Shown: positions 49,501 to 64,000, numbered from the stretch's first letter. The stretch: DNA of 64,000 bases from Eledone cirrhosa (GCA_964016885.1 OZ024741.1:250480001-250544000); one strand, 5' to 3'. Numbers and translations are program-made. The notes: a model not told the origin generated them from the letters alone.

Positions 49501-51549
49501 GTAATGTGTTTAATGCAATTTTAATGGGGTTTAATGGGGGTAGTAGGTTTCAATGGGTTTTAATGGAGTTTTAATGGCTAGCGCTCTTTTTTTAAGAGTT
49601 TTTAATGGTGTTTTTAATGGTTTTTCATTGAGCTTTTAATTGCGTTTTTAATTGCGTTTTTAATCTAGTTTAAAAATTGAGTTTTAATGGGTTTTTCAAT
49701 TAGGTTTTTAATGGATTTATAATGGTGTTCTTTACGGACCCTTTAATTTTTTATAATGGGTTTTCAATGCCGTTTTAATGGTGTTTTTAATGGTATCCTT
49801 AATGACGCTTCGATAAGTTTCAATGTTATTTTAATGGGGTTTTGATTGATTTTTTAATGGAGTTTTTTTAATGAACTTTTATTGGGGTTTTCAATCAGGT
49901 TTTTAACTGAATTTTTAATGTTTTTCAATTAGATTTTTTATGGAGTTTTTATGGGCTTTTTAATGAGTTTTTAATGGTGTGCTAATTGAGTTTTCAATTA
50001 CCTTTTTAATTGAGTATAAAATCGAGTTTTTACTAAGTTTTTAATGAATTTTTAATGGAATTTTAATGGGGTTTCCAATGGACTTTTAATTGTTTTAATG
50101 GGGTTTTAAATAATGGGGGATTTAATTGAGTTTTTAATGGAGTTTAATAGAGTTTATAATGGAGGTTTTAATGGAGTTTTTAATGAAGTTTTAATGTAGT
50201 TTTTAATGAGGTTTTTAATGACGATTTTAATGGCGTTCTTAATGGCGTTTTAATGGTATTTTATGGCATTTTAATGACGGTTGTAATGGTTTTTAATGGA
50301 GTGTTAATTGGTTATTAATTGTATTTTAATGGGTTTTATGAGCTTTTTAATGGGTTTTTTAGTGATGTTTTAATGGAGTTTTTAATGGGTCTTTTAATGG
50401 AATTTGCAATGTATTTTTTAATGGTGTTTTCAATTGTATTTTTAATGACGTTTTAATGGTGTTTTTTATGGCGTTTTAATAGGATTTTTAATTGGTTTTT
50501 TAAAGGACTATTATTATGGGTTTTTTATGTAATTTTATAATGGGATTTTCAGTAGGGTTTTTAATTGGATTTTTAATGGAGTTTATAATATGGTTTTTAA
50601 TTGGATTTTTAAAGAATTTATAATTGCGGTTTTAATATAGTGTTTAATGGAGTATTTAATTGGTTTTTAATGGTAATTTTAATGGAGTGTTTAATGTGTT
50701 TTTAATGGGGGAGGAGGGGGGTAAAATGCAGTTTTTAATTGAGTTATCAATGGAGTTTTTAATGACATTTTTTATGACGTTTTAATAGCGTTTTATGACG
50801 TTTTAATGACGTTTTAATGGTTTTTTTATTGGGTTTTGGGAGTTTTTATGAGCTTCTAATTAGGTTTGAAATGGGGTTTTCAATGAGGTTTTTAGTGGAA
50901 TTTTTAATGGGCCTTTAATGTATTTTTAATGGGATTTTAATGTTTTTTATGGCGTTTTTAATGGTATTTTAAATGCTGTTTTAATGTTTCTTTTATGGCC
51001 TTTTAATTGGGTTTTTGATTGAGTTTTTAATGGATTTTTTTTAACGAGAATTATGAAGTTTAATGGGTTTCCAGTGTGTTTTAAATGAAGTTTTTGATAA
51101 TATTTTTAATGGAATTTTAATGGCGGTTATGGGATTTTAATGGGTTCTGGTGGTATTTTTGTGGGTTTTAATGGGGTGTTAAATGGTTTTAATGTTGTTT
51201 TACTTGCGCTTTCGATTACGTTTACAATTAAGTTTTTACTGTTTTTAATTGGATTTTTAATGGATTTTAATGTGGTTTTTAATGGAATTTTAATGGTGTT
51301 TTAATATAGTTTTTAATGGGTTTCGGATGTAGCTTTTAATGGTGGTTTAGTGTGCTTTTTATTGGGTTTTTAATGAGTTTTTATGAGCTTTTCAATGTAG
51401 TTTTTAATGGTGTTTATATATATATATATATACATACATATATATGTATATATATATATTTACACATATATATGTGTATATATATATGTGTATATATATA
51501 TTTACACATATATATGTGTATATATATATTTACACATATATATGTGTAT

Positions 51550-51591
<42 letters not shown>

Positions 51592-51621
51592 TTAAATATA
51601 TATATATATATATATATATAT

Positions 51622-51658
<37 letters not shown>

Positions 51659-51785
51659 TATATATATATATATATATATTAAATATATATATATATATAT
51701 ATATATTAAATATATATATATATATATATATATTAAATATATATATATATATATATATATTAAATATATATATATATATATATAT

Positions 51786-51816
<31 letters not shown>

Positions 51817-52017
51817 TCCACTTTCATGTTACACACTATATATAAACTGGGATTTATATTTTGCGTTAGTGCCATATTAAGCTGACAACGATATATTCGT
51901 ATCTTAAAAAATATTTTTTTTAGATCACATTGTTCTAGATATTATTAAAATTATTAAATCTATTTTCAATTTGCACGAACACTTGCATATACTACATACA
52001 TACATTTATATAGACAC

Positions 52018-52411
52018 TAACACAAATATTAGCATATACATAATTTCTTAGTCATTGAGGATGTGTTTTTATACATACATATGCATATTGCATACATACA
52101 TACATACACACATACAAGCATATACATAGACATACACACACACATATATACACACACTGTATATATATATATACATACACACACACACACATATATATAT
52201 ACACACACTCACTATATATATATATAGTGTGTGGTGTATATATATATATGTGTGTGTGTGTATGTATATATATACAGTGTGTGTATATATATGTGTGTGT
52301 ATGTGTATGTATATGCTTGTATGTGTGTATGTATGGATGCAATATGCATATGTATGTATAAAAAACACATCCTCAATTACTAAGAAAATATGTATATGCT
52401 AATATTTGTGT

Positions 52412-52413
<2 letters not shown>
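52018..52413. repeat. Palindrome copy 5 (396 bp)
   Basis: Same termini. Confidence 0.95.
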
Positions 52414-52443
<30 letters not shown>

Positions 52444-52506
52444 CGCACACACTATATATATATATATATATACATACACACTATATATATATATATACAC
52501 ACACAC

Positions 52507-52561
<55 letters not shown>

Positions 52562-55500
52562 AATCCCATTAAAAACCACATTAAAAATTCAATTAAAAAT
52601 CTATTTTGAAAAACCCATTAAAAACCCCATTATAAGCTCATAAAACACTCCATTAAAACCCCAACCAAACCCCCCATTAAAACACAATTAAAACATCATT
52701 AAGAATTCCAATAAAAGCGCCATTAAAAACCACATTGGAAACCCATAAAAACCCAATTAAAACAAAATTAAAGTTTCCATTAAAAGTCCCCATTAAAACT
52801 CCATTAAAACCCCCATTAACCCCCCCCCCTCGAAAAGACATTAAAACCTCAAATTTAAACCGAAATAAAAACTCAATAAAAACGCAATTAAAAACTCAAT
52901 TAAAACACCATTAAAAACACAATTAAAAGCCCATTAAACCAATTAAAATTGCATTAACACACCACTAAGGTTCCATTGGAAAACCATTCAAAATGTCATT
53001 AAAAACTACACTGAAAACCCATTAAACCCCTATTAAAAGCGCACCCAAACTTTATAAAAAACCAAATAAAAACCCCATTAAAATACCATTAAAACGGCAT
53101 AAAACACCATTAAAACTACATTAAAACTCAATTAAAAATTCCATTTAAATCTCCATTATAAACTCAATTAAAACTCCATTAAAACTCAATTAAAAACTCC
53201 ATTAAAAACACACACACATGAAGTTACATGCTGGCTTGCACACTTATAGCGATTGCTATTTCCTTTTAATTTCATTAAAACTAGGATGTTTTAGAAAGAT
53301 AAAAACAAAACTGAATAATGAAGAGACTAGGGAGGGGTAAAGAAAGGCAGATCAGGCTGTAGAGGACAGTAGGGGGAGAAGAGGGAAGAGACTTGGGAGG
53401 GGTAAAGAAAGGCAGATCTGGCTGTAGAGGACAGTAGGGGGAGAAGAGGGAGAAATAAACTAAATTATAAACTAAGTTATAAACTAAATTATAAACTAAA
53501 TTAAAAACTCAATAAAGTAAAATAAAATAAAATAAAATAAAATAAAATAAAATAAAATAAAATAAAATAAAATAAAATAAAATAAAATAAAATAAAATAA
53601 AATAAAATAAAATAAAATAAAATAAAATAAAAAAATATAAAATAAAATAAAATAAAAAAAACTAAAAAATATAAATAAAATAAAATAAAATAAATAAAAT
53701 AAAATAAAATAAAATAAAATAAAATAAATAAAAATAAAATAAAATAAAAAAAAATAAAAAAAAATTAAATATAAAAAATAAATAAAATAAAATAAAATAA
53801 GAACTCAATTAAAAACTCAGTAAAAACTCAATTAAAAACTCAATTAAAAACTCAATCGAAGCACCATTAAACCACCATTAAAAACTCCACTATAAACCCA
53901 CTAAACCCATTAAAAACCAATTAAAAATTCAATTACACATCCCATTAGAAATTTCATTAAAAACTCAATTAAAAGTTCCATTGAAAACACATTCAAAACC
54001 CATTAACCCCATATTAAAAGTTCATAAAACTCTATTAAAAACCCAATAACAAACCAATTAAAACGCCATTAAAACGCCACAAAACACAATAAAATGTCAT
54101 AAAAACGCCATTAAAACATCACAAAAAGCCCAACTAAAAAACCATTAATAATGTCATTAAAAATTCCATAAAAATCCATTAAAAACTCCACTAAAAGCCC
54201 ATTAAAAAGTTCATTAAAAGCCATATTATAAATTTCATAAAAAACAATTGAAAACCCCATTATTTATGAGCCTTTTTTATGAGTTTTTAATAGTGTTTTA
54301 ATTCAGTTTTTAATTGCGTTTAAAATTGGGTTTTAATGGCTTTTTAATGGTGTTTTAATGGAATTTTAATGTGATTTTCGATGGTGTTTAATGGGTTTTT
54401 TATGGAGTTTTTAATTGGGTTTTCAATGGTGTTGTTTATGAGTTTTTAAATGGGTTTTTAATGGAATTTTTGATTGCGTTTTTAATGAAATTTTTAATAG
54501 ATTCAAGGATGTTTTAATGGAGTTTTTAATGGTCTTTTTAATGGCGTTTTAATTGTGTTTTTATGGTGTTTAAATGCGTTTTAATGATTTTTAATTGGGT
54601 TTTTAATGGAGTATTTTTAATGAGCTCTTAATGGATTTTTCAATTGGATACTTAATGGGTTTTAATGGAATTTATAATAAGGGTTCTAATTGACTTTAAA
54701 TATGATTTTTAATGGAGTTTTTAATGAAATTTCTAATGGTGTTTTTAATTGCGTTCCCCCCCGTGAGGGTTTTAATGGCATTTTAAATGACATTTTAATG
54801 AGTTTTTATGATGTTTTAATGGCGTTGTAATTGTTTTTTATTGGGTTTTTAATATAATTTTGTATGAGCTTTTAATGGGGGTTTTCAATGTTGTTTTTAA
54901 TGGAGTGTTTAATGGAATTTTAATGGGGGTTTGATAAAAAAAATTAATTGCTTTTTAATTTAATTTTTAATGCGTTTTTGATGGTGTTTAAGTGCGTTCA
55001 TGATGATCTTTTTAATGGGTTTTTAATGGGGTTTTAATTGAATTTTTAATGGTGTTTTCAATGTAATTTTTAATGATAGTTTAATGGTGTTTTAATGACG
55101 TTTTAATTGTGTTTTTTATGGTGTTTTAGTGACGTTTAAATAGGATTTTTAATTGGTTTTTTAATTGAGTATTTATATGAGTTTTCACTGGTGTTTTTAA
55201 TGGGTTTTTCAATATTGCATTTAATGAAATTTTTAATATGGTTTCAAATGGAATTTTTAATGTGTTTTTAATTGGGTTTCTAGTGACGTTTTTAATGGTA
55301 CTTTAAATGACGTTTTAATGACTTTTATGGCGTTTTAATGGGTTTTTTAATTGGGTTTTTAATGTAGTTTTTTAAAAGATCTTTACTTGGGATTTTATGG
55401 GTTTTCAATGCGGTTTTTAATGGTATATTAATGGAGTTTTTGGTGTGGTTGTTAATGGTATTAGTGACATTTTAATGTGTTTTTAATGGTGTTTTAAGCG

Positions 55501-57671
55501 AGTTTCTGATTTAGTTTAAATTTAAATATTTGATGGTCCTTCTAATGGGCTTTAATGGATGTGTAATGTGTTTAATGCAATTTTAATGGGGTTTAATGGG
55601 GGTAGTAGGTTTCAATGGGTTTTAATGGAGTTTTAATGGCTAGTGCTCTTTTTTTTTAGAGTTTTTAATGGTGTTTTTAATGGTTTTTCATTGAGCTTTT
55701 AATTGCGTTTTTAATTGCGTTTTTAATCTAGTTTAAAAATTGAGTTTTAATGGGTTTTTCAATTAGGTTTTTAATGGATTTATAATGGTGTTTTTTTACG
55801 GATCCTTTAATTTTTTATAATGGGTTTTCAATGCCGTTTTAATGGTGTTTTTTAATGGTATCCTTAATGACGCTTCGATAAGTTTCAATGTTATTTTAAT
55901 GGGGTTTTGATTGATTTTTTAATGGAGTTTTTTTAATGAACTTTTATTGGGGTTTTCAATCAGGTTTTTAACTGAATTTTTAATGTTTTTCAATTAGAAT
56001 TTTTATGGAGTTTTTATGGGCTTTTTAATGAGTTTTTAATGGTGTGCTAATTGAGTTTTCAATTACCTTTTTAATTGAGTATAAAATCGAGTTTTTACTA
56101 AGTTTTTAATGAATTTTTAATGGAATTTTAATGGGGGTTTCCAATGGACTTTTAATTGTGTTTTAATGGGGTTTTAAAATTGGTTTTTAGTTGCATTTTT
56201 CAGGGGCTTTTAATGGGGCTTAATGGGGGTTTAATGGGGGATTTAATTGAGTTTTTAATGGAGTTTAATAGAGTTTATAATGGAGGTTTTAATGGAGTTT
56301 TTAATGAAGTTTTAATGTAGTTTTTAATGAGGTTTTTAATGACGATTTTAATGGCGTTCTTAATGGCTTTTTAATGGTATTTTATGGCATTTTAATGACG
56401 GTTGTAATGGTTTTTAATGGAGTGTTAATTGGTTATTAATTGTATTTTAATGGGTTTTATGAGCTTTTTAATGGACTTTTTAGTGGTGTTTTTAATGGAG
56501 TTTTTAATGGGTCTTTTAATGGAATTTGCAATGTAGTTTTTAATGGTGTTTTCAATTGTATTTTTAATGACGTTTTAATGGTGTTTTTTATGGCGTTTTA
56601 ATAGGATTTTTAATTGGTTTTTTAAAGGACTATTATTATGGGTTTTTTATGTAATTTTATAATGGGATTTTCAGTAGGGTTTTTAATTGGATTTTTAATG
56701 GAGTTTATAATATGGTTTTTAATTGGATTTTTAAAGAATTTATAATTGCGGTTTTAATATAGTGTTTAATGGAGTATTTAATTGGTTTTTAATGGTAATT
56801 TTAATGGAGTGTTTAATGTGTTTTTAATGGGGGAGGAGGGGGGTAAAATGCAGTTTTTAATTGAGTTATCAATGGAGTTTTTAATGACATTTTTAATGAC
56901 GTTTTAATAGCGTTTTATGACGTTTTAATGACGTTTTAATGGTTTTTTAATTGGGTTTTGGGAGTTTTTATGAGCTTCTAATTAGGTTTTAAATGGGGTT
57001 TTCAATGAGGTTTTTAGTGGAATTTTTAATGGGCCTTTAATGTATTTTTAATGGGATTTTAATGTTTTTTATGGCGTTTTTAATGGTATTTTAAATGCTG
57101 TTTTAATGTTTCTTTTATGGCCTTTTAATTGGGTTTTTGATTGAGTTTTTAATGGATTTTTTTTAACGAGAATTATGAAGTTTAATGGGTTTCCAGTGTG
57201 TTTTAAATGAAGTTTTTGATAATATTTTTAATGGCATTTTAATGGCGGTTATGGGATTTTAATGGGTTCTGGTGGTATTTTTGTGGGTTTTAATGGGGTG
57301 TTAAATGGTTTTAATGTTGTTTTACTTGCGCTTTCGATTACGTTTACAATTAAGTTTTTACTGTTTTTAATTGGATTTTTAATGGATTTTAATGTGGTTT
57401 TTAATGGAATTTTAATTGTGTTTTAATATAGTTTTTAATGGGTTTCGGATGTAGCATTTAATGGTGGTTTAGTGTGCTTTTTATTGGGTTTTTAATGAGT
57501 TTTTATGAGCTTTTCAATGGAGTTTTTAATGGTGTTTATATATATATATATATACATACATATATATGTATATATATATATTTACACATATATATGTGTA
57601 TATATATATGTGTATATATATATTTACACATATATATGTGTATATATATATTTACACATATATATGTGTAT

Positions 57672-57717
<46 letters not shown>

Positions 57718-57718
57718 T

Positions 57719-57784
<66 letters not shown>

Positions 57785-57888
57785 TATATATATATATATA
57801 TATATATTAAATATATATATATATATATATATATTAAATATATATATATATATATATATATTAAATATATATATATATATATATATAT

Positions 57889-57945
<57 letters not shown>

Positions 57946-58144
57946 CACTTTCATGTTACACACTATATATAAACTGGGATTTATATTTTGCGTTAGTGCC
58001 ATATTAAGCTGACAACGATATATTCGTATCTTAAAAAATATTTTTTTTAGATCACATTGTTCTAGATATTATTAAAATTATTAAATCTATTTTCAATTTG
58101 CACGAACACTTGCATATACTACATACATACATTTATATAGACAC

Positions 58145-58534
58145 TAACACAAATATTAGCATATACATAATTTCTTAGTCATTGAGGATGTGTTTTTATA
58201 CATACATATGCATATTGCATACATACATACACACATACAAGCATATACATAGACATACACACACACATATATACACACACTGTATATATATATATACATA
58301 CACACACACACACATATATATATACACACACACACTATATATATATATAGTGTGTGGTGTATATATATATATGTGTGTGTGTGTATGTATATATATACAG
58401 TGTGTGTATATATATGTGTGTGTATGTGTATGTATATGCTTGTATGTGTGTATGTATGGATGCAATATGCATATGTATGTATAAAAAACACATCCTCAAT
58501 TACTAAGAAAATATGTATATGCTAATATTTGTGT

Positions 58535-58536
<2 letters not shown>
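58145..58536. repeat. Palindrome copy 6 (392 bp)
   Basis: Same termini, with one CATA unit fewer in the left arm. Confidence 0.95.
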
Positions 58537-58566
<30 letters not shown>

Positions 58567-58629
58567 CGCACACACTATATATATATATATATATACATAC
58601 ACACTATATATATATATATACACACACAC

Positions 58630-58682
<53 letters not shown>

Positions 58683-61600
58683 AATCCCATTAAAAACCAC
58701 ATTAAAAATTCAATTAAAAATCTATTTTGAAAAACCCATTAAAAACCCCATTATAAGCTCATAAAACACTCCATTAAAACCCCAACCAAACCCCCCATTA
58801 AAACACAATTAAAACATAATTAAGAATGCCAATAAAAGCGCCATTAAAAACCACATTGGAAACCCATAAAAACCCAATTAAAACAAAATTAAATTTTCCA
58901 TTAAAAGTCCCCATTAAAACTCCATTAAAACCCCATTAACCCCCCCCTCGAAAAGACATTAAAACCTCAAATTTAAACCGAAATAAAAACTCAATTAAAA
59001 CGCAATTAAAAACTCAATTAAAACACCATTAAAAACACAATTAAAAGCCCATTAAACCAATTAAAATTGCATTAACACACCACTAAGGTTCCATTGGAAA
59101 ACCATTAAAAATGTCATTAAAAACTACACTGAAAACCCATTAAACCCCCATTAAAAGCGCACCCAAAACTTTATAAAAAACCAAATAAAAACCCCATTAA
59201 AATACCATTAAAACGGCATAAAACACCATTAAAACTACATTAAAACTCAATTAAAAATTCCATTTAAATCTCCATTATAAACTCAATTAAAACTCCATTA
59301 AAACTCAATTAAAAACTCCATTAAAAACACACACACATGAAGTTACATGCTGGCTTGCACACTTATAGCGATTGCTATTTCCTTTTAATTTCATTAAAAC
59401 TAGGATGTTTTAGAAAGATAAAAACAAAACTGAATAATGAAGAGACTAGGGAGGGGTAAAGAAAGGCAGATCAGGCTGTAGAGGACAGTAGGGGGAGAAG
59501 AGGGAAGAGACTTGGGAGGGGTAAAGAAAGGCAGATCTGGCTGTAGAGGACAGTAGGGGGAGAAGAGGGAGAAATAAACTAAATTATAAACTAAGTTATA
59601 AACTAAATTATAAACTAAATTAAAAACTCAATAAAATAAAATAAAATAAAATAAAATAAAATAAAATAAAATAAAATAAAATAAAATAAAAAATAAAATA
59701 AAATAAAATAAAATAAAATAAAATAAAATAAAATAAAATAAAATAAAATAAAATAAAATAAAATAAAATAAAATAAAATAAAATAAAATAAAATAAAATA
59801 AAATAAAATAAAATAAAATAAAATAAAATAAAATAAAATAAAATAAAATAAAATAAAATAAAATAAAAAAAACTAAAAAATATAAATAAAATAAAATAAA
59901 ATAAAATAAAATAAAATAAATAAAAATAAAAAAAAATAAAAAAAAATAAAAATAAATTAAATATAAAAAATAAATAAAATAAAATAAAATAAGAACTCAA
60001 TTAAAAACTCAGTAAAAACTCAATTAAAAACTCAATTAAAAACTCAATCGAAGCACCATTAAAACACCATTAAAAACTCCACTATAAACCCACTAAACCC
60101 ATTAAAAACCAATTAAAAATTCAATTACACATCCCATTAGAAATTTCATTAAAAACTCAATTAAAAGTTCCATTGAAAACACATTCAAAACCCATTAACC
60201 CCATATTAAAAGTTCATAAAACTCTATTAAAAACCCAATAACAAACCAATTAAAACGCCATTAAAACGCCACAAAACACAATAAAATGTCATAAAAACGC
60301 CATTAAAACATCACAAAAAGCCCAATTAAAAAACCATTAATAATGTCATTAAAAATTCCATAAAAATCCATTAAAAACTCCACTAAAAGCCCATTAAAAA
60401 GTTCATTAAAAGCCATATTATAAATTTCATAAAAAACAATTGAAAACCCCATTATTTATGAGCCTTTTTTTATGAGTTTTTAATAGTGTTTTAATTCAGT
60501 TTTTAATTGCGTTTAAAATTGGGTTTTAATGGCTTTTTAATGGTGTTTTAATGGGATTTTCGATGGTGTTTAATGGGTTTTTATGGAGTTTTTAATTGGG
60601 TTTTCAATGGTGTTGTTTATGAGTTTTTAAATGGGTTTTTAATGGAATTTTTGATTGCGTTTTTAATGAAATTTTTAATAGATTCAAGGATGTTTTAATG
60701 GAGTTTTTAATGGTCTTTTTAATGGCGTTTTAATTGTGTTTTTATGGTGTTTAAATGCGTTTTAATGATTTTTAATTGGGTTTTTAATGGAGTATTTTTA
60801 ATGAGCTCTTAATGGATTTTTCAATTGGATACTTAATGGGTTTTAATGGAATTTATAATAAGGGTTCTAATTGACTTTAAATATGATTTTTAATGGAGTT
60901 TTTAATGAAATTTCTAATGGTGTTTTTAATTGCGTTTCCCCCCGTGAGGGTTTTAATGGCATTTTAAATGACATTTTAATGAGTTTTTATGATGTTTTAA
61001 TGGCGTTGTAATTGTTTTTTATTGGGTTTTTAATATAATTTTGTATGAGCTTTTAATGGGGGTTTTCAATGTTGTTTTTAATGGAGTGTTTAATGGAATT
61101 TTAATGGGGGTTTGATAAAAAAAATTAATTGTTTTTAATTTAATTTTTAATGCGTTTTTGATGGTGTTTAAGTGCGTTCATGATGATCTTTTTAATGGAT
61201 TTTTAATGGGGTTTTAATTGAATTTTTAATGGTGTTTTCAATGTAATTTTTAATGATAGTTTAATGGTGTTTTAATGACGTTTTAATTGTGTTTTTTATG
61301 GTGTTTTAGTGACGTTTAAATAGGATTTTTAATTGGTTTTTTAATTGAGTATTTATATGAGTTTTCACTGGTGTTTTTAATGGGTTTTTCAATATTGCAT
61401 TTAATGAAATTTTTAATATGGTTTCAAATGGAATTTTTAATGTGTTTTTAATTGGGTTTCTAGTGACGTTTTTAATGGTACTTTAAATGACGTTTTAATG
61501 ACTTTTATGGCGTTTTAATGGGTTTTTTAATTGGGTTTTTAATGTAGTTTTTTAAAAGATCTTTACTTGGGATTTTATGGGTTTTCAATGCGGTTTTTAA

Positions 61601-63848
61601 TGGTATATTAATGGAGTTTTTGGTGTGGTTGTTAATGGTATTAGTGACATTTTAATGTGTTTTTAATGGTGTTTTAAGCGAGTTTCTGATTTAGTTTAAA
61701 TTTAAATATTTGATGGTCCTTCTAATGGGCTTTAATGGATGTGTAATGTGTTTAATGCAATTTTAATGGGGTTTAATGGGGGTAGTAGGTTTCAATGGGT
61801 TTTAATGGAGTTTTAATGGCTAGTGCTCTTTTTTTTAGAGTTTTTAATGGTGTTTTTAATGGTTTTTCATTGAGCTTTTAATTGCGTTTTTAATTGCGTT
61901 TTTAATCTAGTTTAAAAATTGAGTTTTAATGGGTTTTTCAATTAGGTTTTTAATGGATTTATAATGGTGTTTTTTACGGACCCTTTAATTTTTTATAATG
62001 GGTTTTCAATGCCGTTTTAATGGTGTTTTTTAATGGTATCCTTAATGACGCTTCGATAAGTTTCAATGTTATTTTAATGGGGTTTTGATTGATTTTTTAA
62101 TGGAGTTTTTTTTAATGAACTTTTATTGGGGTTTTCAATCAGGTTTTTAACTGAATTTTTAATGTTTTTCAATTAGATTTTTTATGGAGTTTTTATGGGC
62201 TTTTTAATGAGTTTTTAATGGTGTGCTAATTGAGTTTTCAATTACCTTTTTAATTGAGTATAAAATCGAGTTTTTACTAAGTTTTTAATGAATTTTAATG
62301 GAATTTTAATGGGGTTTCCAATGGACTTTTAATTGTGTTTTAATGGGGTTTTAAAATTGGTTTTTAGTTCATTTTTCAGGGGCTTTTAATGGGGCTTAAT
62401 GGGGGTTTAATGGGGGATTTAATTGAGTTTTTAATGGAGTTTAATAGAGTTTATAATGGAGGTTTTAATGGAGTTTTTAATGAAGTTTTAATGTAGTTTT
62501 TAATGAGGTTTTTAATGACGATTTTAATGGCGTTCTTAATGGCGTTTTAATGGTATTTTATGGCATTTTAATGACGGTTGTAATGGTTTTTAATGGAGTG
62601 TTAATTGGTTATTAATTGTATTTTAATGGGTTTTATGAGCTTTTTAATGGACTTTTTAGTGGTGTTTTTAATGGAGTTTTTAATGGGTCTTTTAATGGAA
62701 TTTGCAATGTAGTTTTTAATGGTGTTTTCAATTGTATTTTTAATGACGTTTTAATGGTGTTTTTTATGGCGTTTTAATAGGATTTTTAATTGGTTTTTTA
62801 AAGGACTATTATTATGGGTTTTTTATGTAATTTTATAATGGGATTTTCAGTAGGGTTTTTAATTGGATTTTTAATGGAGTTTATAATATGGTTTTTAATT
62901 GGATTTTTAAAGAATTTATAATTGCGGTTTTAATATAGTGTTTAATGGAGTATTTAATTGGTTTTTAATGGTAATTTTAATGGAGTGTTTAATGTGTTTT
63001 TAATGGGGGAGGAGGGGGGTAAAATGCAGTTTTTAATTGAGTTATCAATGGAGTTTTTAATGACATTTTTAATTACGTTTTAATAGCGTTTTATGACGTT
63101 TTAATGACGTTTTAATGGTTTTTTTAATTGGGTTTTGGGAGTTTTTATGAGCTTCTAATTAGGTTTTAAATGGGGTTTTCAATGAGGTTTTTAGTGGAAT
63201 TTTTAATGGGCCTTTAATGTATTTTTAATGGGATTTTAATGTTTTTTATGGCGTTTTTACTGGTATTTTAAATGCTGTTTTAATGTTTCTTTTATGGCCT
63301 TTTAATTGGGTTTTTGATTGAGTTTTTAATGGATTTTTTTTAACGAGAATTATGAAGTTTAATGGGTTTCCAGTGTGTTTTAAATGAAGTTTTTGATTAT
63401 ATTTTTAATGGAATTTTAATGGCGGTTATGGGATTTTAATGGGTTCTGGTGGTATTTTTGTGGGTTTTAATGGGGTGTTAAATGGTTTTAATGTTGTTTT
63501 ACTTGCGCTTTCGATTACGTTTACAATTAAGTTTTTACTGTTTTTAATTGGATTTTTAATGGATTTTAATGTGGTTTTTAATGGAATTTTAATGGTGTTT
63601 TAATATAGTTTTTAATGGGTTTCGGATGTAGCTTTTAATGGTGGTTTAGTGTGCTTTTTATTGGGTTTTTAATGAGTTTTTATGAGCTTTTCAATGGAGT
63701 TTTTAATGGTGTTTATATATATATATATATACATACATATATATGTATATATATATATTTACACATATATATGTGTATATATATATGTGTATATATATAT
63801 TTACACATATATATGTGTATATATATATTTACACATATATATGTGTAT

Positions 63849-63886
<38 letters not shown>

Positions 63887-63887
63887 T

Positions 63888-63953
<66 letters not shown>

Positions 63954-64000
63954 TATATATATATATATATATATTAAATATATATATATATATATATATA

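Larger units (their letters stand above)
24826..64000. repeat. Tandem macro-repeat array, about 6.5 copies of a 5.8-6.2 kb composite unit
   Basis: The landmark at the right end of the T-rich block recurs at 27483, 33607, 39439, 45315, 51352, 57474 and 63651 (periods 6124, 5832, 5876, 6037, 6122, 6177). Module order is the same in every copy. The array runs off the right edge. Confidence 0.98.

Noticed and set aside
50085-50120. Private deletion of about 50 bp in the fifth T-rich block
   Set aside because: Apparently real, but an ordinary minisatellite slippage event with no further significance.
27483-63952. YI-, HT/CV- and FILFY-rich ORFs, including [20 protein letters not shown]...
   Set aside because: These are microsatellite translations. 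Their length and frame change between copies with TA or AAAAT run length.
24826-64000. rDNA, 5S, histone, snRNA or tRNA tandem gene cluster suggested by the 6 kb period
   Set aside because: No recognisable RNA gene or coding sequence lies in the small complex islands. An Rfam or tRNAscan run would make this definitive.

Overview
This window is entirely non-coding, AT-rich repetitive DNA that looks like eukaryotic heterochromatin; the organism cannot be identified from it. I find no supportable gene, RNA gene or CRISPR array, and every ORF in the track is a translation of repeats. There are two domains joined sharply at 24825/24826. Domain 1 (1-24825) is a single-orientation satellite built from two interspersed monomers that share a GGGGAGATAATTT core: A = AAGGGGAGATAATTTCCAGCCGTCC (25 bp) and B = AGGGGGAGATAATTTGT(A)7-10TC (about 26-29 bp). 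It has ordered variant monomers and nested recent duplications of 3488 bp and 1450 bp. Domain 2 (24826-64000) is about 6.5 tandem copies of a 5.8-6.2 kb composite unit. Each unit holds a degenerate 10-11 bp TTTTAATGG minisatellite in both orientations, a TTAAA-punctuated (TA)n block, a 200 bp complex island, a 392-396 bp near-perfect palindrome, a purine-rich 2x65 bp duplication and an (AAAAT)n tract. The most notable points are the tandemly amplified long hairpin, the foldback-like architecture of the unit, and the two-monomer grammar of satellite 1. Coordinates were read by eye and may be off by a few bases. All functional ideas are hypotheses.
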